Notes under the pieces: model-generated
Seen by the model: only the letters and a program-made list of their open reading frames with translations
Databases searched by the model: none
What the model was told of the DNA's origin: nothing
NCBI GenBank assembly: GCA_964016885.1
Contig: OZ024741.1
Coordinates: 53,072,001-53,136,000, forward strand
Source of the DNA: Eledone cirrhosa
Taxonomy: Eukaryota
DNA: 64,000 nucleotides
Reading direction: 5' to 3'
Part shown: positions 26,274 through 41,305 of the stretch, one piece after another
Position numbering within the stretch: the first letter of the stretch is position 1
Layout: each line of letters begins with the position of its first letter
Program-made: the position numbers and the translations under genes

Positions 26274-27618
26274 TAGTAGTTGTAAGGTGTTCGATGCTGC
26301 GACAATGGCAGCAGCGATGTGTGTCAAATGGCTATTAAGATAAGTGTGTGTGTGTGTGTATATAGCAGAGTCATTCGAAGGTCAAAAGATATTTTTCAGC
26401 TTTTGTCTTATACGGAGAAGTGCGTGTGTGTGTGTGTGTGTGTATAAGTCTCTTTGTATGTTGATGTACGCGTGTGTATTTTTTGTGTATATATGTGTGT
26501 GTGTGTGTGTGTGGGTGGACCAGTATTTTTTCCCCCTGGTAAAATGGTGTACATTATTCGATTTTTTCAGTAAAATCGGTTCTCTTAATAGAACATCAAA
26601 AATCTTAACAAGCTCTTCCATACATCTCCACACACAACCCCCTCAATAATGAGGCCTTTGACACCAACCTCCAGAACATCCCTGTATTGAAAAAGGACCA
26701 TAGAATGAACCAAATTCTACGAACACACGATATCATAAAGAGGAAAAGACAATCCAAGTCAATGAAAAACACCTTAACACATGCCAAAGTACTGCCAACC
26801 ACAACAACGAAACCCACAGTAAAAAAATGCGATAGACCCAACTGTGGCATTTGCATCAACCTAATAGAGGGTTCGGAACTCTATTTCAAAGATGGACAAC
26901 GTTTTATAGTAAAACACAATTTCACATGTGCATCGGAACATCTAATATATGTATTAACTTGTTCAGGTTGTCGAGAACAATACATAGGCCAGACCAAAAA
27001 CAACCTCCGCCAACGCATGACTGTCCATAGATCCCAAATTAAAATACGGGAATACAGGAAAATACCACTGAGTGAACACATTGATACCTGTGCCGCCCAA
27101 AATCATCCCAACTTCAGAATCTTTCCCCTCTATAAATTTAAAGATAATGCCACCCACACCCAGCGCATCAGCAAGGAATCTTACTTCATTAACAAATACG
27201 GACCCCGTCTAAACACTTCTCCCTAAGACGAACCCACAACATACACACGTCAACATACATACCTACATCAGCACACATCTCTACCCACATATAAACACAA
27301 TGACACACGTAAACACACATGCTCTATGGTGCAATACAAAAAAATATATGTGCATATATATATGTATGTATATATGTATATATATATATATGTAGTGAAT
27401 ATATGTATGTGTGTATATATATATATATAGTGAATATCATTTCACACCTTTTATTGTTAAGATTTTTGATGTTCTATTAAGAGAACCGATTTTACTGAAA
27501 AAATCGAATAATGTACACCATTTTACCAGGGGGAAAAAATACTGGTCCACCCACACACACACACACACACATATATACACAAAAAATACACACGCGTACA
27601 TCAACATACAAAGAGACT

Positions 27619-27655
<37 letters not shown>

Positions 27656-27810
27656 GCACTTCTCCGTATAAGACAAAAGCTGAAAAATATCTTTTGACCT
27701 TCGAATGACTCTGCTATATACACACACACACACACACTTATCTTAATAGCCATTTGACACACATCGCTGCTGGCCATTGTCGCAGCATCGAACACCTTAC
27801 TACTACTACT

Positions 27811-27878
<68 letters not shown>

Positions 27879-28371
27879 ACACACACACACACATATTTGT
27901 TGTGAAAGAGTCATTTCTCAATCTTGGCCCAAAACCAATTTTTTATCCACATGACCTCTACCGACCAATCAAAATTGTTTTGACCAAGAATTTTTGCTGG
28001 AGCCACTTTTTTAACATAAAAACAGTCTTGGCGCAAAATCAACATTTTACATTCACATGACCTCTACCGACCAATCAAAATTGTTTTGACCACAAGCATT
28101 TTTGCAACACAAAAATAACGCTGGAGCCACTTTTTTAACATAAAAACAGGTAGAATTCCCAAAACTAATCAGATCAGAGCAAACAGCACGGACACTCTAT
28201 TTCAAAATTATGTTTGAAAAGCATTTAGAAATGCGCAACCGGTAAAAACTTAAAAACTTAAAACCACAACTGAATACTAACCCATACAATCACTAATACT
28301 CTTTTATTCCTAATTAAACCATTTTTCAACTGTGAACAATTTGTCAGCATTTTCTATTCCGTTTACCAATA
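25694..28371 (+). mobile_element. 5'-truncated Neptune-like PLE with ~915-bp inverted terminal arms
   Basis: 25694-26611 is the reverse complement of 27454-28371; the arms flank a GIY-YIG ORF. Confidence 0.9.
26687..27226 (+). pseudogene. PLE GIY-YIG endonuclease with CX4CXXC linker
   Basis: CDRPNCGIC...LIYVLTCSGCREQYIGQT...LRQRMTVH...ESYFI...PRLN. Confidence 0.9.
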
Positions 28372-28404
28372 TATAATAACTTGTGTGTTACACCTCTATT
28401 CTTT

Positions 28405-28537
<133 letters not shown>

Positions 28538-28607
28538 GTTTATATATATGTATATATATGTATATATATGTATATATATATATATAATAATGATAATAAT
28601 AATGAAA

Positions 28608-30320
28608 TTATTGTGTACAGTGCTCAGGTGCACTACAACTCGTTAAAGGTGTATGTATAGTACATAGAATAATACACAAACGTCAGGGAAGTGAATAGTG
28701 TATGAGTCATGATATACATGTGTGTATGTGTATGGAGGGGAAACATTAGGTGTAGTGTTGGCTAATCTCGGGAAGCATGAAGGCCCTAAAGGATGCAGTG
28801 TCTCGACAGCTAACAACCGATACAGGTAGTTTGTTCCATGCTTCGGCAACTCTGAACATGAAAAATGTCTCCGAAAGTCATGGGAACTGTGCTGTTGTCT
28901 GACTTTGAGGTTATGCCCACGTGTGTTAGACACATGGAAATCAAAAAGGTACTCAGGGTTGTTGTTGGCAAGATGTTTAACAATTTTGAAGCAAGGCGCT
29001 CAGAGTATGGTAGATGCCTGATGGAGGGTATTCTTTTGGTTGCACGTCTTTGAACAGTATCCAGGCGGTCAATGTTTTGAGCAAGATAGGGGTTCCAGAC
29101 TGGTGATGCACATTCTAAGTGTGGCCGCACCATAGCCATGTACAGCCTTAAATAGATAGCTGGAGAGCGGCTGACAAAGGTCTTTCTGAGTGATGCTAAG
29201 ACACCCTCGGCCCTCTTAACAATTTTAGAGACGTGCTTCGTCCAACGCAAAATGCTGCTGACAGTAATGCCCAGGTCACGTTTACAAGAAGACGACTTGA
29301 TATTAGTGCTGTGGAGGGAGTATGTGGCACTGGGTTTTTACTCCCAAAATGCATGGTGGTGCACTTGTCCACAGCTAACTTGAGTTGCCAGTCTGAGATC
29401 CATTGTTGCATTGTGTTCAGGTCAGACTGCAAGCAAGATCTATAGTGTTCAGGATCTGCCCTTTTTATCTCAATGTACAGCTTGATGTCATCTGTGTACT
29501 TTAGTACTGTGGCATTTTTTAAGCTGGCATCTATGTCATTAATATATGCCACAAACAAAAGAGGGCCGAGAACAGATCCCTGTGGTACACCAGATGACAT
29601 CTCATATGGTGAGGAATGCTGTCCCAGAACCGTGACTACCTCTCTTCGACTGAGAATGAAGGACTTCAAACAGTTAAAAAGATCATCCTTCACACCCATT
29701 GCAGAGAGTTTTGCCATAAGCGTTTTGTGTGGCACAGAATTGAAAGCTTTCGCAAAGTCAAGGTAAACAACCTCCACCCATGAGCCACCATCAGTGATCC
29801 GGGTGATGTCTTCAAGAAACTCGATAAGTTGATCATAGCAGCTGGAGTTGGGGATAAATCCAAATTGCGAGGGCCGGATAAGACTGTGAGAGTTCCTGAA
29901 ATTTCAAAGTGTTTCTCTGACACAGGATTCCATCAGTTTGGCAATGCAACTAGTAAGACTGATTGGACCATAGTTCACAGGTGATGTGCGGTCACCCTTT
30001 TTGAACAGAGGAATGACATGGGTAGTTTTCCACTGTTCTGGAGTAGCACCGTTGTTAAGACAGAATTGGAAGAGCGTGATAACTGGTGTAGAAGGAAGTA
30101 CCCACCCCGTTTAAGAAGCAGGTACGTAACACCATCAAGACCAGGAGAGGCATGGCTGCGTATATTTTTTAGGTGACGTCACAGCATTGCAGGTGTAAAT
30201 TCCATGGTTGTAGTAAAATCCGGTGTCATAGGTGGTGGAGACGGTGCATTCTGGTCTTCAATAGTAAAAATGCCTGCATAGCATTCAGCAATGAGCTCTG
30301 CGCATTCATTGGGGTCGTCA
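28608..30320 (-). mobile_element. CR1-like LINE, 5'-truncated, frameshifted RT
   Basis: VYLDFAKAFNSVPH, SGVPQGSVLGPLLF, YTDDIK, VRPHLE, VQRRATK. Confidence 0.9.
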
Positions 30321-30321
30321 G

Positions 30322-30376
<55 letters not shown>

Positions 30377-30382
<6 letters not shown>

Positions 30383-30691
30383 ATGCTTTGGGAGGGTCAT
30401 GTTGCCAATAAGAAACACACGCACCAGTTGCTTCCACTTCAATTTATTATAAATTAAATTTATAAATTTAGGAATTTATAAATTTCCGATTTGTTGGTTG
30501 GTTCCACAACGAGACGATTGTTCATATATTGTCAAAGTTCTTTCGTCACACATTCTGTGACCTCTTCAGTTACTGTGGATTATTTTCTTTGCTTTTGTGC
30601 CTCTCCTTTGTTCTGTCCTACGCCATCTTGTGTTTTTGTGTTTCAACACACGTTTTCAGATAAAGAATCTTGCTAAACAAATTCAGAAACG

Positions 30692-30695
<4 letters not shown>
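30377..30695 (-). mobile_element. Family C pLTR with HHR at 30531-30573 and inverted tail segment
   Basis: GTAA-CTGAAGA-G GTCACA GAATG TGTGAC-GAAA-GAAC-TT-TGAC; ends ATGACCCTCCCAAAGCATAACAAT. Confidence 0.75.
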
Positions 30696-30739
<44 letters not shown>

Positions 30740-30766
30740 ATTTATATATGTATATATATATGTGTG

Positions 30767-30840
<74 letters not shown>

Positions 30841-32378
30841 TATATATATATATATATATACTAACCTAATTAAATATTCTAAATAGCAACTCACTATAAT
30901 TCTATGTAGCGTAACATTTGTTAGTATCCCTTTCCCCTTATCATACGCATTCATGTTTATTTCTTACCTTTCAATGTTTTAGCTTCCTTAGATTTATGCG
31001 TTAATGACTAAAGGCAACAAGGTACACAACCGCCCGTAATTGCATGAGTAAATATGTATCTATGTATGTATGATATGAGAATATATATATATGTGTGTGT
31101 GTATGTGTGTATATGCGAGTATATGTGTATGAGTGTTTATATGTGTGTGTGTACATACATATATATATGTGTGTATAGATGTGTATATGTAAATATATAT
31201 ATATATATATATATAGATATGTGTGTATATGATTGTGTGCACATGTGTAGATGTGTGTATATGTTTGCCTCTATTTATGTGTATGTATATTTTTAGTTGA
31301 GTATCAATATAACTATACTTCTATCTATATTGTGGGTATATGCACTTTGTGATCTATAAAATGTATGCGTTTTGACTATGTCAGCATGTAATTATCTGAT
31401 TTTGATTATCTGAGTTTGATTATTTATACATAGACATACATTTTAAGGCGTATCATACGCAGTATTATACTAAGTACAATTTACCACACCGTACTATATT
31501 GTGTTACATTATATTATATTATTGTATTACTGTATTTCATTATCTTATTATCATTTTCATCTTTTAATATACTATCTTTCCTAGCCATGACCTTAATCTA
31601 TATTCACCTAAAACTCCATATAACAAAACTCAACATTTAAGGTTTACATTACCTTTAACTTTATTATACCTTATACATTCAACTATCGATTTGACAATCC
31701 CTTTCTTCCTAATAGATTTTGTATGGCAATTCTGTTATTAACACCATTCAACCATTCCTTTCATAGGGTAATGACTTCAACTAAAGTGATTTATTTTTCA
31801 TCTTAACATCATATAGAATTGGTTAGTTCTTCAAATACCCTCCAAACAAGGCCATAGAACTAAACATAATACCAATTTACTACTAATTTTTTAATAAAAT
31901 TATTATTCCTTTTGACAACAGCTGGTGATATGCATGTAAGTAAATATTATCTTTATCTGATATTTTGTAAATAACCTTACATAGATCGATATCGAAGTAT
32001 AGTTACGATGTATTATCATCACCTAGAAACGATCGCAAAGCAGTGAAGTATATTTCTAATGACTTGATTTTTTATTTCATTGTTTTAACTTATATATATA
32101 TATATGTATATGTATGAGTATATGTATGTATATATGTCTGTGTGTACACATATATATGCGTATGTATGTATTTATTATATGTTTGTGTGTGTGTCTATGT
32201 ATATATATATATATATATGTGTGTGTGTATGTGTGTGTATATATATATATGTGTGTGTATGTGTGTGTATATATGTATATATATATATATATATACATAT
32301 ATATGTGTATACGCATGTATATGTATTCACATGTGTGTATTGTGTATATGAGTGTATGTATATATATATATATATGTA

Positions 32379-32446
<68 letters not shown>

Positions 32447-32542
32447 TCTATATATATATATATAAATATTTGTGTGTGTATATATATATATATTTGTGTA
32501 TATGTATGTATATGTATGTATATGTGCGTATATGTGTATATG

Positions 32543-32652
<110 letters not shown>

Positions 32653-32673
32653 CATATACACATATACGCACAT

Positions 32674-32774
<101 letters not shown>

Positions 32775-32810
32775 GTAAGAATATTTTTCGAAACATCGAG
32801 CGGGTTTGAA

Positions 32811-33044
32811 ATTAATATAAATGTAAGCTATCGCCGTATTTTGACTAAGGAAATTAAAGAAATTATTTAGCCTGATAGTGGGGTTAAGAACCCTCGGAAA
32901 ATGGAAAAAGATGAGTATTGACGTACATGTACGTCAATACTCATCTTTTTCCATTTTCCGAGGGTTCTTAACCCCACTATCAGGCTAAATAATTTCTTTA
33001 ATTTCTTTAGTCAAAATACGGCGATAGCTTACATTTATATTAAT
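32811..33044. repeat. 234-bp spacerless palindrome in (TA)n
   Basis: Centre ACGTACA|TGTACGT at 32927/32928; one mismatch seen. Confidence 0.92.
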
Positions 33045-33123
33045 ATATATATATACATGTATGTATGTGTATGTGTGTATATATATGTATATATATATAT
33101 GTGTATATATGTATATATGTGTA

Positions 33124-33194
<71 letters not shown>

Positions 33195-33224
33195 GTATAT
33201 ACAGAAATATATATATATATTTGC

Positions 33225-33268
<44 letters not shown>

Positions 33269-33369
33269 GTAAATATATATATATTTCTGTATGTGTATTT
33301 ATGTATTTATGTATATGTGTATATATGTGTAGATGTGTAGATGTGTTTGTATATGTTTGTATATGTGTA

Positions 33370-33464
<95 letters not shown>

Positions 33465-33618
33465 ATAAGTATACTAAGTTCGGAATTAAGATTATTCCGC
33501 AGTTCACTGTAATAATAATAATAGTATTAGCTCAAAGAATAATAGACAATTTTCTTCTGGGCTCAAATGCAACACACACTTCAAATGTGTAACACACTTC
33601 TCTTTGTGTAATATATTT

Positions 33619-33705
<87 letters not shown>

Positions 33706-34814
33706 TTAGTGTGTGTGTGTGTATGTGTATGTGAATGTGTCCGTTGACACCTGAAATATAACTTAAGAGAAACATGACAATAATTATGGGCACCCAATAT
33801 TTGAACTGGTTTATAGAATTCTCTTGGCCTTTGTCACTCTAAGTAGAGTTTTAAAGGATTAGCTTTTAAAGAATTTCCCTTTTCTTTAAATCCATCAACC
33901 ATGACCGACCTCCAACCATCTTATAGACACCTGAAATAGAGGCATTGTTAGCTTAAGAGAAACTTAAAAATAAGGAGTGGCACCCCAATTTTAACTTGTT
34001 TATAGAATTCTTTCTGCCTTTGTCACTCTAAATATAAATTATAGCCTTAAAGAATTAGCTTTTAATGAATTCCCTTTTCTTTCAACCAATGACCTCCACC
34101 CATCCCACTCACCACCCTCTCCTACCACCTGAAAAGATATAAATACCACAACATATATTTTGGATAGACTTTGTCTACTGAGGGCAAGAACCTTCTCCAA
34201 AAAGATCCGGCTTAATTATCCAATTCTCGCTCACCACGTCCATTCGTAGTTGTCATAGGGTAAAATAAAAATAACTAAAATCCTTGAAATACGTAGCTAG
34301 GGTAAAAGTTTAGCGATCTTTAAATTAACAACAAATTTTACCAATGTACTTAATACAAAAGTAGTTCAAAACAATTGGGGCTGGGTCGCATCACGTTCGA
34401 CTCATGCGAGCCGTTCTGCTGACGGCTTTTAACCACTTGGATATTGACGACATGTTCATTTAAATAGAATGATGATTTTGTTCCTTCTAGACAAGAAACG
34501 GATTATCACGACAAACAGTGATGACGAAATAGAGGAAAACAAGTATATGAAGGTGCTTACTTTGTAATATAATGGTGAATGGGCATCGTGTCTTCCTCTC
34601 TAAGAAGTTCCGTTACATAAGTAACTAAAATGAAAGGATGAAAAAGAAAGAGATAAATATACATAGCAAAATAAATAAGAAATTTCCATCAGCACCCCCT
34701 CGGACGTATACATATGAATATATGCAAAGAAAACGAAACATACACACACGCACACACACGCACACACACAGACACACACACAGACACACACACACACACA
34801 CACAGACACACACA

Positions 34815-34881
<67 letters not shown>

Positions 34882-34969
34882 ACTCATACACGCACATTTA
34901 TTGAGAATCATATTTAAATGTAACTTCCGTGATTCTAATAATACTCCCATGCCAGAGAGGGTTTGATTC

Positions 34970-35210
34970 ACTAAATTGGTAAGGCGTCGGACAAAACGTC
35001 ATTGTGGTCCTTGTTCTTGATCTTTACATTCCTAGTTCAAATCCCACATAGTTCAACTTTCTTCTTATTCATTTGGGTCCGCTAAAATAAAGTACCGCTC
35101 ACGTACTGGAGTCGATGTAATCGACTGTTCCCTCATAAATGTTCTGTCCTTTTGCCTCGGATAAAAATTAATATTACTCCCACGCTGGCCTTGAGCCTAA
35201 ATTTGAAATC
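34970..35210 (+). mobile_element. Diverged SINE
   Basis: GCGTCGGACAAAA...GTTCAAATCCC...AAAATAAAGTACC. Confidence 0.7.
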
Positions 35211-35385
35211 AAAATAACTAACCCCCGTGTTCCTTTACGAATGTTACCATTCATATTCCATATGTATGTTTATTTTTACATGGCTGTGCTCAGGTTTGGT
35301 CAGATTTCTTCGAGAGTTTTCTTTATTTCCACATAATGTCTCTCGGTTTTGTTTAGAGCAACAATTTTTCGAGAATTTCGAAAAG

Positions 35386-35481
<96 letters not shown>

Positions 35482-35488
35482 TATATAT

Positions 35489-35634
35489 AAGTGGTTACAC
35501 AACAGTTAGTTCACCATACCGAGAACAATTGTTTCACCTTAGCGGATCCTCAGCTCGTCATATTACGAGCTGAGGATCCGCTAAGGTGAAACAATTGTTA
35601 TCGGTATGGTGAACTAACTGTTGTGTAACCACTT
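35489..35634. ncRNA. Palindrome carrying paired minimal HHRs, family G (35520-35557 minus, 35566-35603 plus)
   Basis: CGAG-CTGAGGA-TCC GCTAA GGT-GAAA-C AATT G-TT-CTCG; 6-nt spacer CATATT. Confidence 0.8.
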
Positions 35635-35698
35635 CTACCTAACTCGTCCTATGGACTGAGTGCTCTACCACTACGGATATTACCTTCCAGTGTTCTAC

Positions 35699-35770
<72 letters not shown>

Positions 35771-36419
35771 GTGTGTGAAATTAAATATCAGCTTACAAAG
35801 GTAACAAAATGAGAATAATTATTTTACCAAAAAAAAAAAAGAAAAAATCCTCATATTTAAATTTGATTATTATTATCATTATTATCGTTATCATTATTTT
35901 TAAAAAACGTTTGTAGAAAAGTTTAATATTGGAAGTGTGTAATTAATGGAGAGTGATAAGTGGCTCTCTTCATTTATAATTACTGATATTAATGAAAGCA
36001 AATGACAACAGAAAAATAGAAGATATGGAAGAACACGGAGACGAACAGACGGACAGGCGAACAGACAGAGAGAGGCCCACAGGGACGAACGTACACGCTT
36101 CTCCTGCATATGAATATTAAGACGTCTGATGTGAATACTTCACACGGCATAGACAAAAGATGTTTACTGCAGAATATATATATATTTATATACATATATA
36201 TATGTATATACGTCTTTTGTATGTGTATGCGCATACGTGTATATGTATATATATATATATATACATGTGTTTGTGTGTGTGTGTATACGTGTATATATGC
36301 ATGCGTGTGCGTGTATGTCTGCATACACACACACACACATATATATATATACCTGTATGCTTGTGTATATACGTACATATGTGTGTACGAGTTACAAATA
36401 AGTGTGATCTTTATATAGT

Positions 36420-36772
36420 GTAAGTCCTCTTTCTAATGTGTAAAGGGCAAATACCACCTTCGTCCAAGAATGACCATGGGATTTGCAACTACAAATTCCC
36501 CTTCCAGGCGCAAGTCCCGGAAAGCTTGTTTGTGGAAGAACGGTAGTCACCCATGTATTACCAGTCTCCCCTCTCCACAACACCAATATTGTCCAAGGAA
36601 AAGGCAATGGTCGATACAGCTTGGTACCAGTGACGTCACAACTCATTTCTACAGCTGAGTAGACTGGAACAACGTGAAAAAAATTGCCTTGCTCAAGGGC
36701 ACAACGTATCAACCGTTCCAGGAATCGAACTCACAACCTCACCTTTGCAAACCCAATACTCTAACCATAATG
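36420..36772 (-). mobile_element. tRNA-derived SINE
   Basis: Minus strand TGGTTAGAG...GAGTTCGATTCC...GCCCTTGAGCAAGGC...GTTCCAGTCTACTCAGCTG. Confidence 0.8.
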
Positions 36773-37226
36773 TGTTTACATACTATATATACCACTTTAG
36801 GCGTGTGTATATATGATATACATGTACCTTACTATATTAGTGACCCTTCATTTTATTTATTCGTTTATTTGTTTATTACAAATCTTTTCATGTGTTTATC
36901 TTCTAGTTTTTATGTGCGCATGCGTGTAGATAGCCTTACCCACACCTCGTTAATGTTTTATTCTTTCCTCTCTCTATCTTTTCTCCTCTTTTTGTATCAT
37001 TTACCCACTTCTACACCACATCCCTATTATTTCCTTATATTAACTTCAAGACATTATACAAGTTCTCTACCCTTCACAATTCACTACCCGACACCCCTTC
37101 TGTCTTATACCAGAGAAATATTCCCTTGGTAGCTTATCACAATGATACCTTTGGCTAGAAGCTACCAACTGTGGCTGACCAACACAGAAAGTGACCCAAT
37201 CCGACACATTTCAGCAGACGGCAACA

Positions 37227-37332
<106 letters not shown>

Positions 37333-37504
37333 AACATGGAACGATACTGGAAAATTGCTCGATAGTTAAAAACCAGAGCTAAACAATGTGTTAAGAAGCC
37401 ATACAAAACTGAAAACTGGTCAAGAAGGCATTAACCACCCACTCCAAAAACCAAATCAAGCTAAACAGGTCAAAACAAAATAATTGTTAAAAAATAAATG
37501 ATAA

Positions 37505-37578
<74 letters not shown>

Positions 37579-37825
37579 TATATATATGTGTGTATGTGTG
37601 TGTATGTGTATGTGTGTGTATGTGTGTGTGCGTGTGTGCGTGCGCGTGCGTGTGTGTGTGTGTGTGCATCATAAAATAATTTTGACCAATACACAAAATA
37701 TCGATCATATTGCCTGATAATCACACAGGCCGACAGGAATGCTAAAAATAGCGCCTCGTTAGGCCCATAATTCAGCTCTACCAACAATAAAAATTATTAG
37801 GAGCAGAAATACAATACATCAGTTA

Positions 37826-38217
37826 GTAATTGTTTCTACTTGGCACAAGGCCAGCAATTATCACAGTGAATTACTGGTACCTTATTTTATCGACCCCGTA
37901 AGAATGAAAGACAAAGTTAATCTTAGCGGGATTTGAACTCAGACAGCAAAGGGCCGTAACTTCATGCTCCAAAGCATGCGGTCCGACCCTCTACCGATAC
38001 TGCCAATCTAGCGCCCATCAGAGAATAATTGTTTCTATTTTTGGCACAAGGCCAGCAATTATGCCAGTGCATTACTGGTACTTTATTTTATCGACCATGT
38101 AAGGATGAAAGGCAAAGTTAACATCGGCGGGATCTGAACTCACAATGACAAGGGCCGTAACTCTATGCGTCAAATCATGCCATCCGACCCTCTACCGATA
38201 CTGCCAATCCAGCGTCC
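37826..38217 (-). mobile_element. Two tandem SINE copies
   Basis: Two full copies of the 4414-type SINE, head to tail. Confidence 0.88.
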
Positions 38218-38451
38218 ATCAGAGATTAATACCCAGACAAAATGCATCCGAGACTATGCATAGATAATTATAAAGGCGTGAGGAACAGGTATATAGACTT
38301 TAGAAAACAGTGTTTACCATCTCTATATAAGTTATTGCTTGCTTCTCCACTTTTACACGCGATCATAAATGTATATCTACGCAGATTTATGGATACAATT
38401 TGCTGAGGCAATATTAAGTGATGTATTGTTATATATATATATATTTTTTTT

Positions 38452-38650
38452 TTATTGTATAGAAGGAGCTTCTACAGGACTAGTACTGTTTCATTCAGAT
38501 GAAATCTTCAGGAAGCTCCTGAAGATTTCATCTGAATGAAACAGTACTAGTCCTGTAGAAGGTCCTTCTATACAATAACAAATTTTTACTCTGCCATGTA
38601 TTGAGTACCTTACTTACTGTGGTTATCCCCGACTCAACCCGGGACCTACG
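38452..38650. ncRNA. Family B fold-back with paired HHRs (38465-38519 minus intact; 38512-38562 plus with impaired stem I)
   Basis: GGAGCTTC-CTGAAGA-TTTC ATCT GAAT-GAAA-CAG TACTAGTC CTG-TA-GAAGCTCC. Confidence 0.82.
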
Positions 38651-38931
38651 TATACATATGTATATATATATATATATGTATATCTATATATAAGTATGTA
38701 TACGTACATATATATACGTATACAGACGTACAGTAGTTTGTATATATATATACATACATGCACACATATATATTTGTACGTATGGATTCACCGAACATTT
38801 ATTATAATGCTCGGTGTGTTTGTAAACAAACATCCCGTATTAAGCCGTAGTGTCTAGCAACCATCGTTGTTAAGTAGCAGCCGTACTAAGAGTGGGAAAT
38901 GAAATTTCGTTTCATTTTTTCCGTTTATATC

Positions 38932-39046
<115 letters not shown>

Positions 39047-39224
39047 GATACTGTTTATAGTTATGTATATACTAAACTATAAACAACTATAAACAGGGAA
39101 GGTGAGTAATTTATTACTACCTTATTACCATTAAGAGAAATAGCTCAATGTAAGAACATCAGTTGTTTTACAGAGCAGTAATATAGATTAAACAAGTATC
39201 AAAGTTATGTTTAAAACATTTAAT

Positions 39225-39271
39225 CGCTGACAATTGTTTCTTCCAAACTTAAGCTTGTAGTCATCGGAGTA
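39225..39271 (-). ncRNA. Family D HHR with U4C core, in a pLTR-like unit (~39045-39860)
   Basis: TACT-CCGATGA-stem II-GAAA-C AATT G-TC-AGCG; flanks homologous to 16450-16600. Confidence 0.55.
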
Positions 39272-39854
39272 TTATTAATGTTTGTACATAACCTCCTATT
39301 CAACTGAAGAATCATACAGATACATATATATTGATGTTGTGGACAACAGTTTCATGTCTACAAGGTGGAATGGATGCGACATATATTATACGAGAGTTGT
39401 ACAATAATTCAAATTAAGATTAAAATTAAAATTAAAAATGAAAAATTAAAATTAAAATTAAAAGCAAAGGGTGGAATACATGCGACTGATAATACAAGAG
39501 AATAGTCTAATAATTAAATTAAGGAGATAGTATATGCGTTAATCATATATAAAGGAATGGAACAAGCAAATATATCATGCATATATGAGTACTGTATGGC
39601 AAGGTATTACATGAAATACAAGCACTATAAGCGAATATGTTAGTGTATTATGGTGGGTGCAATGCGATGACATTTTCTGTATAGTTCAAATGTGTGTGTG
39701 TAGAATATGAGAGTTACAGATTTCACATCCATTACATATGTTAAGTTATATCTGTATTGAATGTTTGTTATAGATATGTTATCCATATTTATGGATAATC
39801 CATAAATATGGATAAAATAACAACAAGTTACAATCCATTACTATAACAAACATT

Positions 39855-39929
<75 letters not shown>

Positions 39930-39932
<3 letters not shown>

Positions 39933-40334
39933 ATACATTTGAAATCAACAGAAGGCCGAGCTGAAAATATTTTTAAAGTCTTAATTTTGTGAAAACACTA
40001 TACGTTTTCAAAAGGCCCAGTTTAATCATCCGATCATGATGCAAGACTTAGGGGATTTCAACAGATGTTGATGACAAAATTAGTTATATAAGATAACAGG
40101 ATTACGGCGAACACAAACAGAGAATAAAAGATAGATTAGGTTTGGGGACGGCTCGCCAATTCGGTATTATTATAACAGAAATCCATCCCCGAATAGCACA
40201 CACGCATCAATGTTATGTATTGTTCGCTGGTAGGGTAGGCGGGATAAATTGTGTTGGCGACATAAATTCTACAACATCCAGACAGAAAACGCCATTCGTT
40301 ATTCAGAACCAAGCATTGCCCTTATAGAAGTAAA

Positions 40335-40338
<4 letters not shown>
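39930..40338. repeat. ~410-bp repeat with an inverted copy at 45374-45783
   Basis: Near-identical reverse complement; the ORF track shows the same 61-aa ORF on both strands. Confidence 0.92.
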
Positions 40339-40426
<88 letters not shown>

Positions 40427-41144
40427 TTTCGTTTCTGAATTTGTTTAGCAAGATTCTTTATCTGAAATCGTGTGTTGAAACCGATATTGTTATACTTTGG
40501 GAGGGTCATGTTGCCAATAAGAAACAGAAAAGACGCAACGTTTAGGCAAATTACAGAGGCAGTAAGCATAAAAGAATTAAAACCAAAATTAAATAGAAAA
40601 TATGAGTGGAACAGCAACATGACAACTTACAATTAAGGACAAAATGAAAACACACACAGGACAAAATGAAAACACACACACACATAGAACAAACAACTTA
40701 CAATTAAGGACAAAATGAAAACACACACAGGACAAAATGAAAACATACACACACATAGAACAAACAACCAACCAACAATAAATAAATAAATAAATAAACA
40801 AATAGATAAATGAACACAAACACACACAGACACCCGGATGTGGCGCATGCGCAAACTGAGCACACAACACACACACAGAAACACAATGGCGTAGGATAGA
40901 AGAAAGGAAAGGCACAGAAACAAAGAAAGGAATCCCCAGTCACTGAAGAGGTCACAGAGTGTGTGCCGAAAGGACTATGACTATATATAAACAACTATCT
41001 GGTTGTGGAACCAACCAACCAGAAATTTATAAGTTTGTAAATTTGTAAATATATAAATTTATAAATATATAATAAATTGAAGTGAAAGCAACTGGTGCGT
41101 GTGTTTCTTATTGGCAACATGACCCTCCCAAAGTATAACAATAT
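40427..41144 (+). mobile_element. Family C solo pLTR with 43-bp inverted ends and HHR at 40938-40982
   Basis: 40484-40526 inverted at 41102-41144; AGTCA-CTGAAGA-stem II-GAAA-GGAC-TA-TGACT. Confidence 0.82.
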
Positions 41145-41209
41145 ATATATATAAGTTGAAATAAAATGAAAACGAAATTTCATTTCTCACTCTTAGTATG
41201 GCACTTACT

Positions 41210-41267
41210 TAAATGTAAGTATGTATGTATACGTACATACATATATGTATACAGACGTACAGTAGCA

Positions 41268-41305
<38 letters not shown>

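Noticed and set aside
31950-32045. CTGATA...GAAACGATCGCA as an HHR
   Set aside because: Multiple core mismatches; at best a highly decayed remnant
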